Source: Pseudomonadota bacterium
GTDB taxonomy: Bacteria; Bdellovibrionota_G; JALEGL01; DATDPG01
Assembly: GCA_043804515.1 (NCBI GenBank)
Contig: JAZDIZ010000170.1
Coordinates: 1 to 37,466, forward strand
Direction of reading: 5' to 3'
Length of the DNA: 37,466 bases
The notes beneath the pieces were generated by a model. That model was not told the DNA's origin, made no database searches, and saw nothing but the letters and a program-made list of their open reading frames with translations. Below, in pieces: positions 18,534-26,200 of this stretch. The first letter of the stretch is position 1, and every line of letters begins with the position of its first letter. A program made the position numbers and the translations under genes.

Positions 18534-20984
18534 TCAGTCCTCTCTCGGCGCTTCTTGAGTACGCTTCTTCTTGGAAGTCGATTTTTTCTCTGCCGCCAGG
18601 CCGTGTTCCTCCTTCCACTCGTGGCGTGGCATCCGTCCGGTGAGGAACGTGAGGGATCCCGGATAGATCCTGGGATGGAAGATCACGAAAAAGAAGTGCC
18701 AGACCAGGATGGCGCCCACCGCCAGGATCGCCTCGTAGAAGTGGATGACTTCCGAAACACGCACCGCCCAACCCGGAGCCCAGAACGTGATGATGGACGG
18801 GAACCAAAGGGCGAAGCCGGTGAGGCCCATGATTCCGGTGCCCCAAACCAGCGCCCAGTATTCCGCTTTCTGCGTGTAATCGTAGACGCCGAACTTCGGC
18901 TTCCCTTTGCGCAGACCCAGATGGTAGAGAACGTTCCGCCAGGCCGAACTCGCATCCGAGGTTTTGGGAAAATACGCGGACAGTTTGGAGCGTCCCCTGC
19001 GCGTCGCCAGGATCCATACGGCGTGCCAGACCGTGCCGAGAATCAGGAACACGGCCAGCACGCGATGCGAAGCGGCTCGGACCGGTTCGTTCATCCCCAT
19101 CCAGCGAAGCGCCGCCACCCACCAGGTGTCCGGGAACCGGAGCGCGAAGCCCGTCACGGCCAGCCCCGTGAAGCTGGTCAGCAGCAACAGGTGTTGCAGG
19201 ACTTCCACCCGGTTCATCCGCACCACGCAGTCCTGGCGAACGTGTTGCTTGTAGTGCTTGTGGACATAGAAAAAGAAAATCAGGACGTTGTGCGCCAGCA
19301 TGCCGCCCAGCGTAAGGATGATCAGGACGATGTATACGACCCGCACGTAGTCGTGAATTCCCCAGATCTGGCCGAAGGAGGCGTGCGTGTAGCTCTGCGC
19401 GAACTGCGGGTTGGAATCCTGGTGGCATTTGGCGCACGTGCGCACCACGTTGTCTTTATATGTCGAGGAAGTGGGATCCAGGTGACTGCGGATCCGGTGC
19501 GTGGTGTGGCAGTCGGTGCAGTTGGCCACAATGGTGGTCCGGCCCAGAGCCCAGCCGTGGTAGCTGTCTTTGTAGGATCTGACGACGCCTTCCCAGACCC
19601 CGAACCGGTCCGTAAGGGCGGCGTTCTCGTGACAGCGTCCGCAGTCCGCGGACACGTTGACGGGGAAGGTCTTGGATGCGGGGTCCGATTTCGAGCGGAT
19701 CATATGCGATTCGTGGCAATCCGGGCAGGCGGGCGTGTCCGTCAATCCGTGCGCCAGGCCCGCACCGTGAACGGACGTCTTGTAGTCCACCGAAGGTTCC
19801 GGATGGCACTTTCCGCAGGTGTCGGCGAGGTTCATCCGATTGGTCATGCCGGCGGTGTCACCCGCCGACCTGACTTTGTGAGACTCGTGGCAGTCGGTGC
19901 AGACGGCCCCCCTCGGCTTGGAGGGATCCTTCATCCATTCCTGGAGCCTGGCGAAGTGGACTGATTTCTCGTAGTTGGAGAGCGTCATGGGCAAGCGGAG
20001 GTACTTGTCGGTGAGAACGGGGGTCTTGCCGTGGCACTTTCCGCACATGGCGGGTTGGTTGGCGAAGTACGTCATGGCTTTGGGGTCATCGGCCCGGCGC
20101 ACTCCGTGGCCTCGGTCGTGGCAATCGCCGCAGTTGGCGGCGGCGCCCAAGCCCGTCAGGTTCTGCTTGAAGTGAGCGCTCTGTTGGTACTCCTCGAGCG
20201 CCTTCACATGGCAATCGCCGCAATGGAAGGCCACCTCGCCCGGTTTCAAATGGATGGAGTGGCAGCTCGCGCACGTCATCTTGTGGCGCTCGAGCCGCGC
20301 CTCGTGCACCGATCCGGAGAAGCTCGCCAGCGTCTTCTCGTGGCATTTCACGCAGTTGGTGAACGCGTCCGGTGAACGGATAGGATCGGGAACGGCGTGC
20401 GAGTCGTGGCAGCTCGAGCAGCCCACCGCGGCCACAGGCGCGTCCTTGGTTCGTTGGGGAACGCTCTCGATAATGCCGTGAGGGCCGTTCTTGAGCATGG
20501 CCGCCGCTCCGGCGTGGCATCTCTCGCACAAGCGCACCGCAGCGTCCGGCGTCAGGTGGGTTTCGGCGTGCGGCGTGTGGCAGGTCGCGCAGGACGCTTT
20601 ACCGTCCCTCGTCCGCAGCATTCCCGCGTGCTTGCTGCGTGTGATCTTCCGGATCTCCTGCGCATGACACGTTATGCACTGCACGGAAACGTGGCTTGGC
20701 CAGTGGGGGATGTCCTCGAACTTGCCTCCCTGGTGGCATTTGACGCACAAAATGGCGGCGTGGGCGCTCTTCTTGATGGAGTCGGTGACGTGGGCGCTGC
20801 TTCCGTCGGAGGCCTTGAGGTCCGCGTCCGAGTGGCAGCCCAGGCACGTATCATTGTCGGGTCCCGCCTCCTCCGCCGGGAATGCTATGGAGGGCACGCC
20901 CAGCCAAAGAACCAGCGCGGCCAGGATGCCGCGCGCCGCGTTCACGGCGACTCTATGGAAAATGGCGGGGATCGGCAAGGTCAT
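18534..20984 (-). CDS. Multiheme cytochrome c (17 CxxCH) fused to a cytochrome b domain, CbcL-like
   Basis: 17 CxxCH motifs counted; C-terminal QH...TGF...HR...KAEYWALVWG...HFYEAILA..IL.WHF domain. Start uncertain (21023, 20984 or 20945). Confidence 0.9.
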   Translation of the reverse strand: MTLPIPAIFHRVAVNAARGILAALVLWLGVPSIAFPAEEAGPDNDTCLGCHSDADLKASDGSSAHVTDSIKKSAHAAILCVKCHQGGKFEDIPHWPSHVSVQCITCHAQEIRKITRSKHAGMLRTRDGKASCATCHTPHAETHLTPDAAVRLCERCHAGAAAMLKNGPHGIIESVPQRTKDAPVAAVGCSSCHDSHAVPDPIRSPDAFTNCVKCHEKTLASFSGSVHEARLERHKMTCASCHSIHLKPGEVAFHCGDCHVKALEEYQQSAHFKQNLTGLGAAANCGDCHDRGHGVRRADDPKAMTYFANQPAMCGKCHGKTPVLTDKYLRLPMTLSNYEKSVHFARLQEWMKDPSKPRGAVCTDCHESHKVRSAGDTAGMTNRMNLADTCGKCHPEPSVDYKTSVHGAGLAHGLTDTPACPDCHESHMIRSKSDPASKTFPVNVSADCGRCHENAALTDRFGVWEGVVRSYKDSYHGWALGRTTIVANCTDCHTTHRIRSHLDPTSSTYKDNVVRTCAKCHQDSNPQFAQSYTHASFGQIWGIHDYVRVVYIVLIILTLGGMLAHNVLIFFFYVHKHYKQHVRQDCVVRMNRVEVLQHLLLLTSFTGLAVTGFALRFPDTWWVAALRWMGMNEPVRAASHRVLAVFLILGTVWHAVWILATRRGRSKLSAYFPKTSDASSAWRNVLYHLGLRKGKPKFGVYDYTQKAEYWALVWGTGIMGLTGFALWFPSIITFWAPGWAVRVSEVIHFYEAILAVGAILVWHFFFVIFHPRIYPGSLTFLTGRMPRHEWKEEHGLAAEKKSTSKKKRTQEAPRED

Positions 20985-21249
20985 GAAGTGGGAGTCTGCG
21001 ACACGAAGATGAACAATTTTCATATCTTGCCGGCCTACCGGGTGCAAGGAATCATGGATAGCCGGCCTGTTGTCTGTTGGTATTCTTGATACTCGTCCAC
21101 GAGGGGATCCGCGCGTGAAAACGAAGTTCCGAAACAACCGGGGTGATGACTTCACCGTCGCTTCGGATGGATCGTTCGCGTTTCCGGCTGTGGACAACCG
21201 GTGAAAATTCTGGTTAATGACCGTTTGGACACCAAGGAGGTCGAGAACC

Positions 21250-21684
21250 ATGATGAGCCAAGTGGACCCCGGGACGCAAAGCCGTCTGGAAAATGAACTT
21301 TCGCTTCTCAAGAAGTACGGCCTGCGCTGGGCCGTGCTGGCCGCCTGGTGGGATGAGCTCTTGAATCGAAAGGTGCCCACCGCTCCGGAGATCGCCAAGA
21401 GACTGGAGGCGTCCCGGATAAGAATCTCCTCAGGCTGTTTTTCCGGCTGCGAGGTGGGATGCGACTTACAGGAAATCGAGTCGCTTCTTACCTCGGCCGA
21501 CGCGTCGATGCCCGCCGCGTCGATCAACCGCTGGCTGAAACTTCTGGGGAGGGCGATGAACGACAGGACCAACGTCGAGGAATTGCTGAAAATCCCGGCC
21601 GTGCACTTCCGATACAATGATTGCCAGCTGCGGCCCTGCGGCTGCCGGCAAGAGAGATCAGAAAACGGCACGAAGGTCGGCTGA
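21250..21684 (+). CDS. Hypothetical Cys-rich cytoplasmic protein
   Basis: AAGGAGG RBS; C-x3-C-x3-C (GCFSGCEVGC) and a C-terminal C-x4-C-x-C. Confidence 0.7.
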   Translation: MMSQVDPGTQSRLENELSLLKKYGLRWAVLAAWWDELLNRKVPTAPEIAKRLEASRIRISSGCFSGCEVGCDLQEIESLLTSADASMPAASINRWLKLLGRAMNDRTNVEELLKIPAVHFRYNDCQLRPCGCRQERSENGTKVG

Positions 21685-21745
21685 GTTCATCTCCCCGGCG
21701 GGTGCCGATAATTGAAGCCTGCCACCCATGCGATAGATTGGGGGA

Positions 21746-22444
21746 ATGAAAAGGCTCGCCTTGGTTGCCTCGCTAATTTCACTGGCCTTCATCATCTTTA
21801 GTCCGGACGTCCTAGCCCAGCCGGAAACGCCGCACGTAGTTCCACCGGACGCCCAGACGGAAACGCCGCCCGCAATTCAGCCGCCGCCGGCCCAGCCAAT
21901 CGCTCAACCACAAATCTCCGCCGAACGGACGTTCGGTCCCTACCTGAACGTCGGAGCCGGCGGTGACATCGCGTTGGGCGGCGCAGCATATACAGAAACA
22001 GCAGGCATACCGGGATCCGGCCGAACTGCCCGCTTCCAATTCCAGGCCGAAGGAGGAACGCAGTACTTTGCCCTTCCCGTCTCGCTTTCATACCGCCAAG
22101 GTGTCTTGATCTTGGGTGCGAAGCCCCGGGTGCAATATTTCTTGGCCCTGATCCCGGGCCAACCCAATCTCTTTTTGACTCCCGGTCTGGGATTCGTGGC
22201 CAACTATTGGCATGTGAATGCCGATGGCCTGAACCCCGCGACCAATGTGTTTGAATTGGGCGCCCAAGCCAGCATCCAGATTCAATACCGACTCAACAGG
22301 AAGCTGCATTTTCAACTCACGCCCATCGCGTTGGATTTCAATTTCTGGCGGCACTTCGATCAGACGCAATTCGGAGGCCCGGGCAACAGCACGTTGTTCG
22401 GCCTGATCTACAACGTCCTGCTTTCGTTCGGCTACAACTTCTGA
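21746..22444 (+). CDS. Putative outer-membrane beta-barrel protein
   Basis: Signal peptide, Pro-rich linker, amphipathic strands, C-terminal FGYNF. Confidence 0.7.
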   Translation: MKRLALVASLISLAFIIFSPDVLAQPETPHVVPPDAQTETPPAIQPPPAQPIAQPQISAERTFGPYLNVGAGGDIALGGAAYTETAGIPGSGRTARFQFQAEGGTQYFALPVSLSYRQGVLILGAKPRVQYFLALIPGQPNLFLTPGLGFVANYWHVNADGLNPATNVFELGAQASIQIQYRLNRKLHFQLTPIALDFNFWRHFDQTQFGGPGNSTLFGLIYNVLLSFGYNF

Positions 22445-22477
22445 CGAAAGATGGGAACGGAGGTAGGGGGAAAGAGC
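22442..22477 (+). repeat. 36-bp imperfect direct repeat, copy 1
   Basis: 28/36 ungapped identity to 28877-28912, with an exact ACGGAGGTAGGG core. Confidence 0.65.
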
Positions 22478-22484
22478 GTCCCTT

Positions 22485-23249
22485 CTAAAAGTGAAATGTC
22501 AGTTCGCTTTTGAAATACACGGCGGTCTGGGTCTGGTTGAAGAGAGCCGTGTTCTTCGTATCAACTTCATACGTGAAGGATTCTTCAAACGTCACCACTT
22601 TGAATGCATGTCGCATATAAACCGTTCCGAAATATCCGTAGCCGGTTCTCGCGCGATAACTCACACCCGGCGCGTCGATGTACGTGGGCACGATCACTCT
22701 GGCCCCTCCACCCAGACCACTGGAGGCATATTTCGACGTAAAGACATCGAGGTGCAGAGCCAGGTCGGCTTTCAAGGATTTCGCTGAATCGACGGCCAGT
22801 GACGTTATGTCGGGTGCTCTCAAGTAGAATTCGTCTCCGTAAAGAGCCTTGATGATGACTTGCAGGTTTTCATATCGATTGAACGGTTTGATGCCCAAGG
22901 CCATGCCGAAATTGAAGACGAGCCCCCCGTTTTCGGAAAAGGTCCTGCCTGATTTCGTCTGATAGGTTTTCTCTTCGATCTGCACAATGGCTTCACTTGA
23001 GAAATGGGTTCCCCAGGTCTCTCTCAACTTAAACTCGCCACCAAAGTTGGTTTTGGAAGGTACGGCGGCCTTGGCCCCGTTGGACCGATCCTCGGCATCC
23101 ATCCTGCTGTAACTCAGGAAGGGAGCCACCGAAACGTCGATCTTTAGCCTCTCCTCGGTTGCGACTGTTTTGTCGGGCACCTCTCCGGCATAGTTCGGCG
23201 CGACCGGAGCCAGGAGCACGAAAAGCGGCAAGAAAGTTGTGGCTTTCAA
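22485..23249 (-). CDS. Putative outer-membrane beta-barrel protein
   Basis: TTG start overlaps the stop of the giant gene (TTGA); signal peptide; amphipathic strands; C-terminal ELTFHF. Confidence 0.7.
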   Translation of the reverse strand: MKATTFLPLFVLLAPVAPNYAGEVPDKTVATEERLKIDVSVAPFLSYSRMDAEDRSNGAKAAVPSKTNFGGEFKLRETWGTHFSSEAIVQIEEKTYQTKSGRTFSENGGLVFNFGMALGIKPFNRYENLQVIIKALYGDEFYLRAPDITSLAVDSAKSLKADLALHLDVFTSKYASSGLGGGARVIVPTYIDAPGVSYRARTGYGYFGTVYMRHAFKVVTFEESFTYEVDTKNTALFNQTQTAVYFKSELTFHF

Positions 23250-26200
23250 TAGCTGCAGTTGACCCTCGCGATGCTTTGACTGGTTCCGGTATTGATCTCT
23301 GTGACGTGCGAGAGTCCGTAGACCTGGACGGGGAACGGCCGTATGAATCCGGCGGTATTGTCCCCTATGTAACCATAGTTGTTCGCCAACGCTCCCCACG
23401 CCCAGACGGTTCCATCATTTTTCAATGCCAACGAATGAATCCCTCCGGCGGATACCGCGGTCACCCCGGTCGGGCCTATAATCTCCACCGGCTGGTTTCT
23501 TTGAGTTACTGTGCCGTCGCCCAGTTGATAGCTGGTATTCAACCCCCACGCCCAAACGGTTCCGTCGCCCGTTACGGCCAACGAATGGGAAGTTCCCGCG
23601 GAGATTGCGATCACGTCGGACAAATTGAGAACCTGAACCGGAGCGTTCCTCAGAGTCACGGTGGTATCGCCCAGTTGGCCGTTCGTATTGAGACCCCAAG
23701 CCCAAACGGTTCCGTCGTTTTTGAGAGCGAGAGCGTGGCTGCCTCCATTCGAACCGGATATTGCCGTAATGTCCGTCAAGAATCCGACACCGCCGGAGCC
23801 CACGACCTGTACGGGGGCGCTCTTGCTTACAATGGTATTGTCTCCGAGCTGGCCGCTCGTCCCCAGCCCCCAGGACCAAACCGTATTGTCGCTCCGTAAG
23901 GCATACGATGTGGCGGTGCCCGTGGTGATCGCCGTTATATTCGCCAAAACCCCGACGCCTCCGGTTCCTTTGACTTGGACCGGATAGTTCCTCGTCGTGG
24001 TCGTGTTGTCCCCCACACGGCCGTTGGTGTTGGTCCCCCAGCCATAAACCGATCCATCACTCGCAAGAGCCAAGGCGTGGATTGTGCTGGCCGAAACAGC
24101 CGCGATACCGCTCAGATAGCCCGCGTTCAGCAACCCGTGAAGCTCCACGGCCGTATTTCTTTGCGTCGTTGTGTTGTCTCCGAGCTGATAACCGGAGTTC
24201 AATCCGAATCCCCAAACCGTGTTGTCGCTGGTCCGTACCATCAACGAGAATGCGGTTCCCGTCGAAACATCCAGAACGGGCGTTGTCTCAAAACCATAAA
24301 CGGCAGTCGGGGCATATTGATTGATCGCTTCGATTCCCAGTTGCGACATGCTCGCTGCGCCCCAGGCCATTACCGTATTGGTCGTGGTCGTCATCAACGT
24401 GAAGTCCACCGATACAGAGACACTCGCGGCATTGGTGATACCGGCCAGCTGTACCGGCCGGTTTCTTTGGGTCACGGTCCCATCGCCGAGCTGATAACTG
24501 GTGTTCACTCCCCACATCCAGATCGTCCCGTCGTTCTTTACAGCCCCTGCGGATGTACCGCCCGCGGAGATCTTCGTGGACACATCGGTCAACCAGCCTC
24601 CGGCCTCCGGGCTTTTGACTTGTACGGCGAAGCTCTTGCTGAGAATCGTGTTGTCACCCAGTTGACCGTTCGTGCCCAGGCCCCAGGACCACAGGGTTCC
24701 GTCGGTCTTAACGGCAAGACCAAAATTCGCTCCGGCGGCGATCGCCGTTACGTCTATCAGCGGTTGGGGCAAAGCGGGAATCGCGGTTCCGCCGGTCGGC
24801 GTTCCGTTTCCGTTCGTTAGGTAAGTGAAGGTAGTGGAATTCGTCACCGTTACGGCAAATGTACCGTTCCATGTACCGGAGCCGCCCGACCAGTTCGCCG
24901 TCACGACGTACTGGCCGGTGGTCATCCCGTGGTCCCCGTTCGTTACAACGGTAGTCGTAGTCGCATTTCCGGTTATGGAGTTAACGGAAAGTGCCGTTAC
25001 CACCTGCACGGGGTAGTTCGACGTGAGGGCGGCATTGTTCCCCAGTTGCCCGCTGGTTCCCAGTCCCCATGCCCAAACCGTCCCGTCACCCTTGAGAGCT
25101 ACGGAGTGTGAAGTGCCCGCCGAAATGTCCGTCACGTTGGACAGGTACGCCGATGCAATCGCGGTTCCACCCACGGCGGTTCCATTTCCCGAAGCGGCAT
25201 ACGTGAACGTCGTAAGCCCCGTCACGGTTATGGAGTACGTACCAGTCCAGGTGCCCGTGCCGCCCGTCCACCCCGTCATAACTACCTGGTCTCCGGTGGT
25301 GAGCCCATGGTTGCCGGTCGTTGTGACCGTCACGGTCGTCCCGTTTCCGGTGACGGTGCTGACCGTCAATGGCGTGATGGCCCACGTGTTGGCGGAAGCG
25401 GTTCCACCCACGGCGGTTCCGTTTCCGGTAGCGGCATATGTGAACGTTGTGAGCCCCGTCACGGTTATGGCGTATGTGCCATTCCAGACACCTGTGCCGC
25501 CCGTCCATCCCGTCATAACCACCTGGTCTGCCGTTGCGAGATTGTGATTGGCAGTGGTGGTAACGGTTACCGTGGTTGCGTTTCCCGATACGCTACTGAC
25601 GGTTAACGATTGATTTGCGCCGGCCAGAACATGGATCGGCACGGTTCTGGCCGTCTTTGTGTTGTCCCCGAGTTCCCCACTCGTGTTCAAGCCCCAAGCC
25701 CAAGCGGTCAAATCTCCCGCGATCGCGAGGGAATGGGCCGATCCTTGGGTCGTATTGATCTTGGTGATGCCCGACAACGAAGAAACCCTGACCGGCATGA
25801 CTTTGCTGGTCGCGGTTGTATCGCCCATCTGGTTGCTGGTTCCGAGTCCCCAAGCCCACACCGTTCCATCGGTTTTGAGAGCAATGGCGAAACTGGAACC
25901 TGCGGCAACGTCACTGATGCCGCTCAAGTTCAGTACCGGCTGCGGAAGACCGCGAGTGCCCACACTCCCGTCGCCGAGCTGGCCGCTGTCGTTGGTTCCC
26001 CAAGCCCAGACCGTCCCGTCCGTCTTTCTTACTACCGAGAGGCTTCCCGTTCCCCCCGCGATCTCGGTCACGTTCGTAAGGTTCGGCACGTCCCTTGGTG
26101 TAGTGACGTACGGCAACGTCACATTCGTTCCGAGCTGGCCGCTGAGGTTTCTTCCCCAAGTCACAGCCGTGGAACAATTCTCGATCGAGACGGTCTTGCT

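Noticed and set aside
20985..21671. N-terminal extension of the 1045-aa cytochrome ORF
   Set aside because: It overlaps a plus-strand gene with a strong RBS (21250-21684), and the signal peptide begins only near 20984.
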